Source: Chara braunii (taxonomy: Eukaryota; Plantae; Charophyceae). From it: DNA of 50,883 nucleotides. This document shows, piece after piece, positions 1 to 11,077 of this stretch; the stretch's first letter is position 1, and each line of letters starts with the position of its first letter. The stretch is from assembly GCA_003427395.1 (NCBI GenBank), contig BFEA01000012.1:3126622-3177504 (forward strand), read 5' to 3'. The translations under genes were made by a program, and so were the position numbers. The notes under the pieces were generated by a model, which did no database searches, was not told where the DNA came from, and saw only the letters and a list, made by a program, of their open reading frames with translations.

Positions 1-1564
1 TCTGCAGACTGTTGAGGGTTCAGCCTCCTGATGAGTCGGTGAAACTCCGATGAAACAGTTTGTCACAGCCCCTCGTTTGTTGTCCTCTTCTCTCTCTCTG
101 CCTACGGTTTTACCGGGCAGTTCTGTTTGTGACGATATATATATCGTCACATAGATATCAGAGCACAAAAACGAAAAAAACAAAAAAGGAAACAAAAAAG
201 TATCAATTCATTTTTCATCTTCTTCCTTACAACTCCCCCTTTTCAGAACCTCTTGCGTACAAGGCCGCCCACGTGGATGTAGGTTGAGCGGCTGCTGCCC
301 CCACCCCCGTGTGTCATACAGACCCACTTGCACACAGCCAAAAGGCGAAGAGGCAAAGAAAAGAGGAAGGGAACAGTCAAACATTACAGAACAGGGGGCA
401 AACGAATCCTAGATGACAAGTCCCACATGCAGACACCGCCCCCGACAGCACAGGCCAAACGACGGGACAAACCAGCCAGGATTCAAGACACGGGAACTGT
501 GAGATGGTTAAACGATGAGCCAGGCCATTTTCAACATAAATGAATACCAGAGAACAAATTCTACCATATCCATGCAAAGAATCTGAAGCAAAGAACACCT
601 TATCTAAAAGAGGAAGGAAACAGCCCAAACAAAACAGAACAGGGGGCTGCAAAGCAAATCCTAAATGACAGTCCTAGATGACAAGTCCCACATGCAAACC
701 CCGCCCCTGGCAACTACAGGCCAAACGACGGGACAAGACCAGCCAGGATGTCATACCAAAAAAAGGAGGACCCGGATGACCAGTCCCAGATGAAAGCACG
801 GCTACCAGGATCAACCAGGCAACATCCCAAATAGCCGAACAACGGGACAAAACCAACGGGGACGCAGACAAGGCAAAAAAAGCTCCGATCCACAGTGTGA
901 CAACCAAAAAAAAGAAGAGAAGACAATCCCGGATGACGATTTCCACATACAAGCACCGCCCCGCGCTCAAAAGGCCGAACAACGGGAAACAACCAACCAG
1001 GATGCCAAAAGCCCGAATGACTGGTCCCACGTGAAAGCATCGCCATGCCCATAAAATAGCCCGAACAACGGGACCAAACCAACCGGGATACAGACAAGAT
1101 CACCAAAACAAATTCTACCATATCCATAGTTAAAAAAACGGAACCATACAGTAGGTCCGTAAAACGAAATACCCCCTACAAAGGGGGAGAGCAACACAAG
1201 AAAATATGGGACGACAGGACAATGACTCAGGCTATTTTCGACGCAAATGAATTCTTGCATGCACTAACAAGAAAATCAAGAAAATATTTTCTATATATAT
1301 ATATATATTTGGCTGTTCCCTTGCTCTTTTCTTTGCCTCTTTNCCTTTTGGCTGTGTGCAAGTGGGTCGATATGACACACGGGGGTGGGGGCAGCCGCCG
1401 CTCCAACCTACACCTACGTGGGCGGCCTTGGACGCAAGAGGTTTTGAACAGGGGGAGTTGTAAGGAAGAAGATTAAAAAAATGAATTGATATCTTTCTTT
1501 CTTGTTTCCTTTTGTTTTTGTTTTTTTCGCTTTGGCGCTCTGATAACTTGGTGACGGTATATAT
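1..1564. mobile_element. Penelope-like (PLE)-type repeat: hammerhead-bearing terminal segment with ~250-bp inverted arms (137-382 / 1308-1564)
   Basis: 1308-1564 is the reverse complement of 137-382. The hammerhead is at the 5' end, and a second dispersed copy occurs at 50361-50540. No RT or GIY-YIG ORF is seen, so the family assignment is inferred. Confidence 0.55.
4..63 (+). ncRNA. Type III hammerhead ribozyme
   Basis: Stem III GCAGACUGU(4-12)/ACAGUUUGU(55-63); cleavage triplet GUU (11-13); stem I GAGG/CCUC with loop GUUCAG; core CUGAUGA (28-34); stem II GUCGG/CCGAU with loop UGAAACU; GAAA (52-55). The G10.1-C11.1 pair is a G-U here and is C in the copy at 50361. Confidence 0.9.
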
Positions 1565-1566
1565 TC

Positions 1567-1569
1567 TGT

Positions 1570-1604
<35 letters not shown>

Positions 1605-1637
1605 CCCATTGTTGAATCACCTATGAATGCAGGATAG

Positions 1638-1722
<85 letters not shown>
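1567..1722. repeat. (GT)n, (GATA)n, (GA)n microsatellites
   Basis: Directly visible simple repeats. Confidence 0.95.
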
Positions 1723-1725
<3 letters not shown>

Positions 1726-2598
1726 TATGGCTTGATGAATAGAGGACCTTCATTGATTGGTTGTCGTGGAAAGAGAGGTGGTGCATGGTTCTAAAAACAG
1801 ACCACATGGTCCCTGTGAGGCATGGTTTCTGGTTGCAGGTTGTTGAAGCACAACGTGCCTCATATGAAAGGTCATTCACATGGTCATGCATGTGTCGCTC
1901 ACACCATTCTCCATATGAAACTTGATGTCACACCCACCACTCCATATGAAATTTCCTGTCTCGCACAATTTTTTTTTTCCCGTATGAAATTTGTTGTCAT
2001 ACACCTTTTTCTTTCATATGGGATTTTGTCACACACACCACTTTTTTGAAGTTTTTTCCTAACGAAATTTGCCGTCACACACCATTTTGCATATTTGTCT
2101 GTCACACACTATCACACAGCATTCACGATGAATGTGCAGAAAAGAAGATCGTCACACCTCTAACTCTACTTGCTTTGAGTTCTCTTAACCTATTTGGCGG
2201 GGTCTCAATGGATCAAGTGACCAGTTTCCCCCGTGGACTTCCAGGCAACCGTCCTCAGGACACAATACACACGATTCCACGGCCTAGAGATTGCCTGGAA
2301 GAGATTCCACGGCCCAGAGATTCCTGAGATTGCAACAAATGATGAATGAATGAACAGTGTCGACGATTTAATGCAGGAAAGAAGATCCAAACCAAGCAAG
2401 CACGTAGGACGAACAGACAGGATAGAGGAGACAGAGAAGTCACAGACGCGGCAACGTAACAGACAGACAGTATTACTGCAAATCACAGGGTTAGATATCA
2501 TGCGCCTCTCTCCGACTGTGGAGCAAGAGCGGGAATTCCTCCCATATGACCTGCTATGCTCTTCAGTGGGGGGAAAGGTGGGGGGGTCAAACGGACTC

Positions 2599-3109
2599 AA
2601 ACGCCAGATGCACAATTACCACCTGGGGCTTATGGGTGGTCGGTCGGTCGGTCAAGCGCCGTTCCCACGTGCCTTAAGTAGGGGGGCTCACAGCAGGGAA
2701 AGTCTCTCCAACGTGAAGTATGTGGCCTGGCTGGCTGGGCTCCTCTCCGTTCTACCCTCAACATGCACCAACCAACATGCCCACAAGTCACGAGGAAAAA
2801 CTCTTCGCGAGGTTAACACTGTGCGGCACAGCCATACATGCACGTTGTACTCCTCCTACTGGTAACCCCCCCTGCTGCTTGGAGCTGTTTCTTTTTTCTT
2901 TTTCTTGCCTTTTTTGAAGTTTTTTCTCTTTTTTCGAAGGGTTGTGCATGTTGAGGGTAGAACGGAGAGGATCCAGGCAGCCAGGGTATCTCTGCCCCTC
3001 AGAGTGCACGTTGGAGAGGCTTTCCCTGCTGTGAGCCCCCCTACGTAAGGCACGGAAAGGTGCTTGACCACCCACGAACGCCAGGTGGTATTTGTGCATC
3101 TGGGGTTTG
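2599..3109. repeat. ~170-bp inverted repeat (foldback/MITE-like)
   Basis: 2599-2772 and 2941-3109 are reverse complements (e.g. CTCTCCGTTCTACCCTCAACATGCAC / GTGCATGTTGAGGGTAGAACGGAGAG). Confidence 0.8.
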
Positions 3110-3540
3110 CTAATTAGGGGGTGTTCATTTCGGGCGGTTGAGCACACCCTGATGAGCACACCCCAGGTGCGGGTTAGGGTGGTGGGGCCCCACTGGAAGA
3201 CCATTGAGTACAGTGTGGTGGTCCCCACTGTGGAGCCACCCTAATAATGCCTCTAATGGCACGTAATCCTGCGCATTAGGGTGGTGGCGATCCCCACTGG
3301 GGAGCCACCCAAACGAGCACACCCCCGATGATAATTGTAATCGTAAGGCGCCACTTGCAAGGCACACAGTACCGCCTCACAGAACCCATCCTACTTGGCC
3401 TTCAGTTGGTACTCTCTCAGAGTCTCATCCCCCTCTGGTACCTCGCCTCCCACTTTCCAGTAGCCCTACGAGCAACAAGGTCAGGCGAAGGGGATGGCTT
3501 CTGCCACGGTAGTTGGTGAGCGAGCATCGCAGCCGCTCAG

Positions 3541-3605
3541 TGTATAATGCAGCTCAAGAAAGAAATACTGCAGCTTAAACTGCGTGTGACAACAATAGAG
3601 AAATG
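3541..3605 (+). CDS. Tentative upstream exon of FLASH-like gene (CIMQLKKEILQLKLRVTTIEK)
   Basis: AG..GT bounded heptad-like peptide, phase compatible with 3731-3758. The acceptor is weak, and ATG 3547 is an alternative start. Confidence 0.4.
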
Positions 3606-3730
3606 GTAATCCACATTGTGTACAATGGTATCAGCTCAGCTTCCAAAATGACCGTAGCTGGCAGGCTGGGAACTTGGAACATAAGAATGAATGCCTTGGC
3701 AATTTGGGAGGGCATCTGGGTCCTGCCCAG

Positions 3731-3758
3731 CAGAGAAATCGAGGAGAAAATCTCCTGG
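3731..3758 (+). CDS. Tentative micro-exon of FLASH-like gene (C-REIEEKISW)
   Basis: cctgcccag| ... |gtcggt. It bridges phase 2 to phase 0 between the neighbouring exons. Confidence 0.4.
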
Positions 3759-3938
3759 GTCGGTTTCTCGGGGGGAAGAACTATGGGACCGATTGAGGTC
3801 TCTGCGAAACTGGGTCTAATGGAAGTGAAGTGTGTGTGGATGCGCATGTGCGATTTCGATAAATTAAAGAGCAAGAGAAGATGGAACATTCGAGGTTGGT
3901 GGTGTTGATAGTGACACTGTTATCTGCGTATCTGATTC

Positions 3939-3985
<47 letters not shown>

Positions 3986-4029
3986 NCCCCCCCCCCCCCC
4001 CCCTCTCCCCCTCCCGCTTCCCCTGACAG

Positions 4030-4104
4030 CTGAAGGAGAAAATAGAGACGTTGAACAAGGAAAAGAAGGAAGCTTTACAGCAAGTGGCGGAGCTGAAAGG
4101 AAAG
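4030..4104 (+). CDS. Exon of FLASH/CASP8AP2 N-terminal-domain-like coiled-coil protein (LKEKIETLNKEKKEALQQVAELKGK)
   Basis: Poly-C tract plus ctgacag acceptor and AAG|gtatgg donor; 75 nt, phase 0/0; strong coiled-coil pattern. Confidence 0.7.
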
Positions 4105-4705
4105 GTATGGATTGTAATTTTTGCAAAGCATGGAAATATTATTTGAGAGGAGAGGGCTCGGAAAGCAGCGCTTGTTCAGAAAGGATGTGTTGGCAAGGGA
4201 TAGGGGACTGGTGAAGAATGAGAGGGTGTGGAGGCTCTTTGAAAAAAAAAGCCCTTGTTTGCGTTGAAACAGGTTGAATGAAACAGATTGGCCACAGAGG
4301 AAATTGAGGGAGGACAATTGTTATCCAAGAGGATTCAAGCTCTCAATCTGTTCATCAGTAGTTACATGTGTGTGTATTGTTCAGCCACCGGCCCCTACTG
4401 TGATGTACATCTATGTCTAAGTTGGGAAATTCAACGTGTGATGATATGCAAATTTGGGGTTTTCCCCATCTGACTGGACCTAGAGATAATCCAGTGGGGC
4501 CTGCCCCTAAGACAGATCGATTTGTCACCAGAAGCTTGTGTTAGTGAGGGAGTCGGATGCCGAAATAGAGAGCGAATGGAATAGCGACCAGCAGGCTGTT
4601 CCCAGCACATGAGTTAGAAGAAGAGGGATCGGGAGGTGTGTGTGTGTGTGTGTGTGGAGGGATGGGGGGAGGTGTGTGTGTATGTGTGTGTGGAGGGATC
4701 GGGGG

Positions 4706-4750
<45 letters not shown>

Positions 4751-4858
4751 GCATTTTGTTCTTATTCAAGTTGCCGTGTGGGGAAAAAGAGTGCCTTGGT
4801 GTTTTCCATAACAGTGTGATGGTGTTGAGAATCAGCAGCAGCAGTAAGTCCTGGCCAA

Positions 4859-5217
4859 GGGCCTGGTTGCAGTACTTTCCATATGCCAAGTTTGGCGAGT
4901 AGGCGCCTGGTTGCACTTACTCGCCAAACTTGGTGTGAGGAAACGTGTCAGAACTTTTGCCGAGTCTCCTTTTTCAATCCGCCACCGAGTGCGGCGAGTT
5001 CCCGACCACAAAACAACTCTTTGGAGAGTGCAGTGCTTCATGAGTAGAGATCAGGCAGACAATTTTTTTTGAAAACTTTTCTGTAGAAGAAATATAGTGG
5101 CGAGTAAGTGCAACCAGTCCTACACTTCAACACGCTTCAAGTTTTTTTCACTCTCCAGAGTCTCCACACATCCGCCACGAATTGTCGCGGATGGCGAGTA
5201 GTGCAACAACTAGGCCC
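4859..5217. mobile_element. Tourist/PIF-Harbinger-like MITE
   Basis: Imperfect TIRs starting GGGCC, 3-bp flanking duplication CAA (4856-4858 / 5218-5220), internal copies of the TIR motif and a 16-bp perfect hairpin at 4886-4933. Confidence 0.55.
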
Positions 5218-5696
5218 CAAGTGGAGTTCGTCAACTGTAAGATACAGCAGATGGAATCCAGCGCTGTCCCTGAAACCTATTATGTTGAGTCTGTTGTTTG
5301 CCCGATCCTGTAGTTACCGATCCGTGGCCGCAGTTTCTCCTCGCCGCTGTGGCCGGCCGACGCCATGACGTTACGTAGCTAACCCGCTACCCCTGCGTAT
5401 ACTGGCTTGGTCCTCAGTTGCCGTCAGGCACAGCGGCAGTTTAGGTTGTGTTAAAGAATTCTCTCACTTGTCATCACGGGGACTCTTAACCACAAAGCTA
5501 GTGGCCTTAATAAATCCTTGGCGGTAGAGCATCTAAACCTCCAGTCTCACAGGCCCTCTCTGCAGTTCTGACTGCATTCAGCCTAATCAGACTGTCTAAT
5601 CCTCGTACATAGCACAGAGGCGTGTCTTTTCTGAAAGGCTCCCCTCAGCCATAGCCGTGGAATTTGTTATAAACAAAGTTACAAACAGTATGTGCA

Positions 5697-7084
5697 ACGA
5701 ACCCCTGTTTTTAGACCACAAATGGCTGTCATGGGTAAAGAAAGGAATATGGAGGATTAGCCACTTATGGAACGAAGAAAAAAATGATTGGGTAACGGAG
5801 CAGGACCTGGAAAGATGTTTGAAAGGTTGCCACCGAAGAGGCCTGAACCGACAGTATATCATTAATCTGATCCCTCAGGATTGGAAGGATATACTGGCAC
5901 AGGAAGGGGACTGGAAAGGTGGAGACTGGGGTATCAAGGTGGAGGAAAACCCTCCGGCAAGGGCCTTTCAGTTCTCACATCCACAACAAGGGACGATTAC
6001 ACAAGCCGTGTTCTCCTCTTTTCCAGTTACACACGCCAGAGATGGAATGCCATCGATCTTAGACACCAATGTAGAAACTGTAGTCATGGAGAGCTTCCTG
6101 CTCAGGAAAGTAAGAGTTTTAGGGACGTGGCCGGAAAGTATATACAGATACGATACAGCAGTACGTAACTTGGAATTTGACCCAGGGGAGTGGACATGGA
6201 AACCAGACAAGAAAGCAAACGTTAACAAACGCACACCCTTACAAGACTACACGGTCAAACTAGGTTACAAACGCACACCCTTACAAGACTACACGGTCAA
6301 ACTAGGTTACAAACTAATGTTAAAAACAAAAGACCCAGAACCGGTTATCAAATCCAGGTGGCAAAGACTGGTAGGTCAGGATGCCGACAGCATCACGCGA
6401 ATCCCGTGGAAAACCTACAAAGCAATCAGACCTATCAAAATCAGAAGCTTCCAATGGCTAATTACATACGCAGCCCTGCCAGTCAATCAATGGTTACACA
6501 TCAGGCGGAAAGGTTCCAACCCAGACAGCTCTGACACATGTAAGGTGTGCACGGAGAACGTAACCGAAGACATAACACATTGCTTACTTCACTGTAGAGA
6601 GGCGAAAAAGTGTTGGGCAAAAGCCGTGACCCTCTGGAATTCCCTTCTATCTATCCCCTTCCCAGAAAAACCCATCCAACTCTCCCTTATTATTAACATT
6701 CCCCAACAACTCCGGAAAGTGGAAAAAGTATGGTTCGGGATGATCAGGAAAGTGACCCTCTGGATCATATGGAAGGAGAGATGCAGCAGAACGATCGAAG
6801 AAACATCTAATACTCCTGAAACGATTTGGGTGGAGACGAAAACAATGATTCAGGCGGAGATCCTGTGCAGATGGCGGAAAATCAAACAGTCTTGGTCTGA
6901 AGATGAGGAGCAACGAAACAAAGCCAGACGGAATTTCAGCAAAATCTGGCTGATCGACGACAAAGTGGCTGAACTGAGGGATGACAACACACGCTGGAAG
7001 GACTGGCATAACTCGACTGCAAGAGGAGAGGAGGGGCAACAGAGTACAATACAGGGTCAAGGCGCCCCACTGTCAGAGTCATAA
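5697..7084 (+). pseudogene. LINE ORF2 C-terminal fragment (zf-RVT)
   Basis: Lies within ORF 5657..7084, whose first 40 nt are host flank. Contains an in-frame 42-bp tandem duplication (KRTPLQDYTVKLGY x2). Confidence 0.85.
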
Positions 7085-7664
7085 AGAGGCAACAAGACAG
7101 GAAGGAGGGAACCGAGGGTGTACATTTTGGACAAAGATCGGGGCATCCGGTCGGTTTCTTGAGGGACAACAGCGACAGACTTAGGAGAATTATTTTCTAT
7201 CGGGAACTTCAATCAACGTCAAACCAGGACAGCATCTAGACCTAGGGTTTAGGGTTTTAAGGTTAAGACAGGAACAATGGTAATGCTGTCATAGAGCCAA
7301 AATGGTGTTTATTAGACGCATATATGGTCCAGGATGCTCTAGTATAATCACGGATACCTGACAGCGACTCAGCTGAGAGGAGCAATTCCGGGAACAGACA
7401 GATTGACAGCTAAGCAGTATAGGCTAAATTAGGCAGGGGTGAGAGGTGGTACATCCTTCCTCAAGGAAGTAATCAATGCTGCCCACTCGGACCTCTCAAC
7501 CATAATGGGGAGGAGCGTGCGCGAGTCCTTTATGTATTCTATATTGACTTGCTGGGGGAATAGGAACCGGACTGTCGCTCCCCAGAATGGTAGGAGCCAG
7601 AACCTTGAGGTTCTGTTTAAACAAACAAACAAACAAACAAACAAACAAACAAACAAACAAACAA
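5697..7664 (+). mobile_element. 5'-truncated L1-like LINE (ORF2 C-terminus + 3'UTR + (AAAC)n tail)
   Basis: 16-bp TSD ACAAACAGTATGTGCA (5681-5696 / 7665-7680); zf-RVT motif CKVC..EDITHCLLHC; WIIWKERC motif. Confidence 0.9.
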
Positions 7665-7849
7665 ACAAACAGTATGTGCAGTAGAGTTTCCAACAGTTAA
7701 GAGTTTACACTTTGTTCGTGCTCCTCGTGCAAACAGCTCATGTGATAGATCTTCAGGGAGTCATATGGACGCAATGAGGGCTAGGGGCTATACCCTTCTC
7801 AAACACTGAAAAAAGAATTTGCAGTGTCTATGACTCTATGGTAGTTTGT

Positions 7850-8866
7850 GGAAAAAAAAAAGGAAAAAAAGAAGAGAGGTAGTTATGGCAGATTGCTCAA
7901 GGAGTTCCTGATGTCGAAGATGGGAGTTGCGAAAACAAACTGAACTGTGAAAAACAGAAAGCATGGCAAACGGACACCAGGGCCAGACACAGCAACTGGC
8001 TTCACCATGAACAAGGGAAGTCAAAGCTTAGAAAGGCGAAGGTCAAGAGTGGAGTGCAAGCAAAGGATCACAGGTTAAGACAGAATCGCAAACGGCTGAC
8101 CATAGCAAGAAGCAAGGCAACTTTGGAGACTAATGGCATTGAGATGGAAGGGAAGGGTTCACAGCGAAGGACCATTGGAGACTATTGGCAATGAGAAGAA
8201 AAGGAAGATTTCAGGTAAGGATACTACAAATGAATGAGTCTGCAAAGTAAGCAGACCTCTAGAGGAATACAGGTAGGTTTAAAGGTTTAAGGAAGTAGGG
8301 TTTTGGGTTTAAGGAGATAACACTCGGAAAACATTGCCGGAAAGAGAGATTCAAGCTTCATCTGGCAAAAGTCAAGGGAATACAAATGTGGTTATGGCAT
8401 AGGGGAACAATAGGGACCACATTCCAATACAAGGAGGGTGCTAAGGTAGTTTCTTCATATTCACGAGTTATATGACAGGTTACTATGGGTAATCTGAGAG
8501 GAAAGGACATAGAAAACAGGGGAGACAATACCAGTCTTTCTAGAAATTCATGTATGACATGGCAGGCTCTTAAGGAAAGGTCTGAGAGGAAAGAATATGC
8601 CGGGTTTACGAGTTAAACTGCTGGATGATGTAGAATAGGCTAACTTAGGCAGGGGGGAGGGGTGGTATATCCTTCCTTATGGAAGTAATCAATGCCGCCC
8701 ACTCAGACCTTCCACCCATCATGGGGAGGAGCGTGGGTGAGTACATTTTGTAATCAATTATGACTTGCCGGGGGAATAGGAACCGGACTGTTGCTCCCCA
8801 GAATGGCAGGAGCCAGAACCGACAGGTTCTGTTTTTTCAAAAAAGAAAAAAGAAAAAAAAAAAAAG
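7850..8866 (+). mobile_element. LINE 3'UTR fragment with conserved 3' module and poly(A)
   Basis: 8640-8835 is homologous to 7420-7618, followed by an A-rich tail at 8838-8866. The 5' boundary is approximate. Confidence 0.65.
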
Positions 8867-8892
8867 CCTGAGGAAGGTAGAAGAAAGGGGCA

Positions 8893-8966
8893 GAGATGCA
8901 AGAGAAGATTAATTGGCATATGCCCCCACGCAATGACGACACACGTAAATCGGGAAATGCTCCGAA
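8893..8966 (+). pseudogene. U6: Degenerate partial U6 snRNA copy
   Basis: AGAGAAGATT..GCAT..GCCCC..CGCAA.GA.GACAC..TAAATCG.GAAATG.TCC matches the 3' two-thirds of U6. Confidence 0.7.
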
Positions 8967-9063
8967 AAAAGAAAAGAAAAAGAGAAGAGATGGAACGATG
9001 TGGACCCTGAGCTCACTGTTCCTCCTGGGAACGCGAACTGTTTGCCGGTTGCTGTGTTTGCAG

Positions 9064-9123
9064 AATGCAAAGTTGAAGCAGGAGCGCACGGTACTGGTCA
9101 ATAATCTGTCAAGCATTTTCAAG
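9064..9123 (+). CDS. Exon of FLASH-like gene (NAKLKQERTVLVNNLSSIFK)
   Basis: gtttgcag| ... AAG|gtattt; 60 nt, phase 0/0. Aligns without gaps to FLASH NFSLINENQSLKKNISALIK (recalled). Confidence 0.85.
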
Positions 9124-9169
9124 GTATTTCAAGTTTCAACCAGTTACCATTACAAAAAAAAAATTGTGG

Positions 9170-9282
9170 CGTTCTGCGGGCCATGCGTTAAAAAAATTGG
9201 AACGATACAGAGAAAGAAGATTAGCATGGCCCCTGTGCAAGGATGATGACACGCATAAATTGAGAAAAATGGTCCAATTTTT
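9170..9282 (+). pseudogene. U6: U6 snRNA retropseudogene
   Basis: AAAATTGGAACGATACAGAGAA(AGAA)GATTAGCATGGCCCCTGTGCAAGGATGA(TGA)CACGCATAAATTGAGAAAAATGGTCCAATTTTT. Small insertions disrupt the region after the ACAGAGA box and the ISL; an A-rich tail follows. Confidence 0.9.
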
Positions 9283-9315
9283 ATTGGAAAAAAAAACAAA
9301 CAAATCGTGGAGTAT

Positions 9316-9721
9316 CAGCGACGGTGGAAGTCAGACTAGCATCCAACTTCAAAAGTAAGACATGCCCCATCAAGAGAATGGACTCAATGGAGTCATCTAC
9401 AACCGAGAAAAAAAAAAAGAAGAAGAAAACAAACAAAAAAAAGAAAAGAAAAGAAAAAGAAGAAAAGAGTAAGGCATGCAGGCTAACTGAGGCAGGGGTG
9501 AGGGGTGTTACATCCTCCCGTCGGGAAGTAATCAATGCCGTCCACTCGGGCCTCTCAACCGTAGTATTGGGGAGGAGCATGTGTGAGTGTCTATGGTATG
9601 GTAATCTCTGTCTGACTTGCCGGTGGCATAGGAACCGGACTGATGCTTCCCAGAATGGAAAGGAGCCAGAACCACAAGGTTCTGTTTTTTTTTCTTCTTT
9701 TTTTTAATGCAAAATAAAAAG
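9316..9721 (+). mobile_element. Short LINE-tail/SINE-like insertion with the conserved 3' module
   Basis: 9480-9690 is homologous to 7420-7618; 14-bp TSD AAATC(G/A)TGGAGTAT at 9302-9315 / 9722-9735. Confidence 0.75.
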
Positions 9722-10374
9722 AAATCATGGAGTATATTGTTTGTGGTGCCTTGAATTGTTGCACCCTTGCGGGCAGCCCTGTCCCAATCACTGACTACAT
9801 GGACTGACTGGTGGAGTCTGGTGCTAGGTAGTGTGCGGACCAGTTTGATTCGGCGGGTGGGCCTGAATTNCGGGATTGGATGCATTTCTCCTGCCCCAAT
9901 TTTTTTTTTTTTTTTTTTTTTTTTGCAACAGGTAATTTTNTTCTGCATGGGTAGTAATAACCGTAGTATGTTTATTGCGATTTTGTATTTCTGCATGACT
10001 GGAACAGCCGATCTGTGACGATCAAAGGGTAGATACAACGACTTGCAATGATGCCTTCGGCGCTGTTGTCCATCTGCCTCTGGGTGTAAGCATCTTCTTT
10101 TTTTTTTTTTCGAAACAAAAGGCTCCAATCTATTCATGGGGAGCATAACGTGCGGAGAAACGGGCTCAGCGTCCCTTCTGTACAACATTGTTGGAGTCTG
10201 AAGGTCTGTTAAGAGTCCTAAGACTGAGAGCATGAGAAAACAGGTATGAGCATGAGACATATTAAGCATGACCACAGTGCTCAACTTGTGGCGAATGAGC
10301 TTCTCATCTCAGTCAGTTAAATGCAGATGAGCATGTGCTGGCAAGCTGGCCCACAAGCCCGTCATCAATAGATA

Positions 10375-10702
10375 TGTACTCTGGAGTTGGACAATAGATA
10401 TGAAGTATTATGAACTCTGGAGTTGAGAATAGGCATATGGACTCTGAAGTTTAGAATAGGCATATGAACTCTGGAGTTGAGAATAGGCATATGGACTCTG
10501 GAGTTTGAGAATAGGCATATGGACTCAGCTAGAAAAATGCACAAAAGGAGTCGAGAATAGGCATATGTGCTCTGGAGTTGAGAATAGGCATATGGACTCT
10601 GGAGTTGAGAAGAGGCATATGGACTCTGGAGTTGGGAATAGGCATATGGACTCTGGAGTTGAGAATAGGCATATGGACTCTGGAGTTGGAGAATAGGCAT
10701 AG
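10375..10702. repeat. 27-bp minisatellite (GGACTCTGGAGTTGAGAATAGGCATAT)n
   Basis: About 11 imperfect head-to-tail copies. Confidence 0.9.
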
Positions 10703-11021
10703 TCATTGAGGAGGGGGAGAGTGCATATTCAATGCGAGGGAGGTGGATATTCATTGAGAAGGGGGAGAGTGTACGTTCAGTGGCTGGAAATTTCGGATGG
10801 CTGCAAGATCTGCCCACAGCTAGAAAAATGCACAAAAGGGGTGGTTGGTTGTTTTAGGGCTCTTGTGTGTGTACTGTTGTTGCAGACAGGCTTGGTGTTG
10901 CTGGAGGGCGTTGCATTTGTCCTGTTAAGCATGCAGTGCCGTGCACCCTTGGCTAATGACTGTCGTTCGTGGTGTGCTTTTTCTCGTGGTCGTGATTTCG
11001 ATCTCTTGTGTTTTTGACCAG

Positions 11022-11077
11022 ACAGCGCAGTTAGAAATCAAGCGGAAAGATATGTTCATCAAGGAGCTTCGAGAGGA
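11022..11077 (+). CDS. Exon of FLASH-like gene (TAQLEIKRKDMFIKELRE)
   Basis: tttttgaccag| ... GA|gtaagt; aligns to FLASH TARVEINRKDEEISNL (recalled). Confidence 0.85.

Noticed and set aside
3149-3175. CTGATGA-GCAC..GTGC hammerhead-like core
   Set aside because: GAAA is missing after stem II, and no stems I or III can be formed.
5657-5696. Start of the 475-aa ORF as a genuine gene start
   Set aside because: It lies in host flank/TSD; the LINE begins at 5697.
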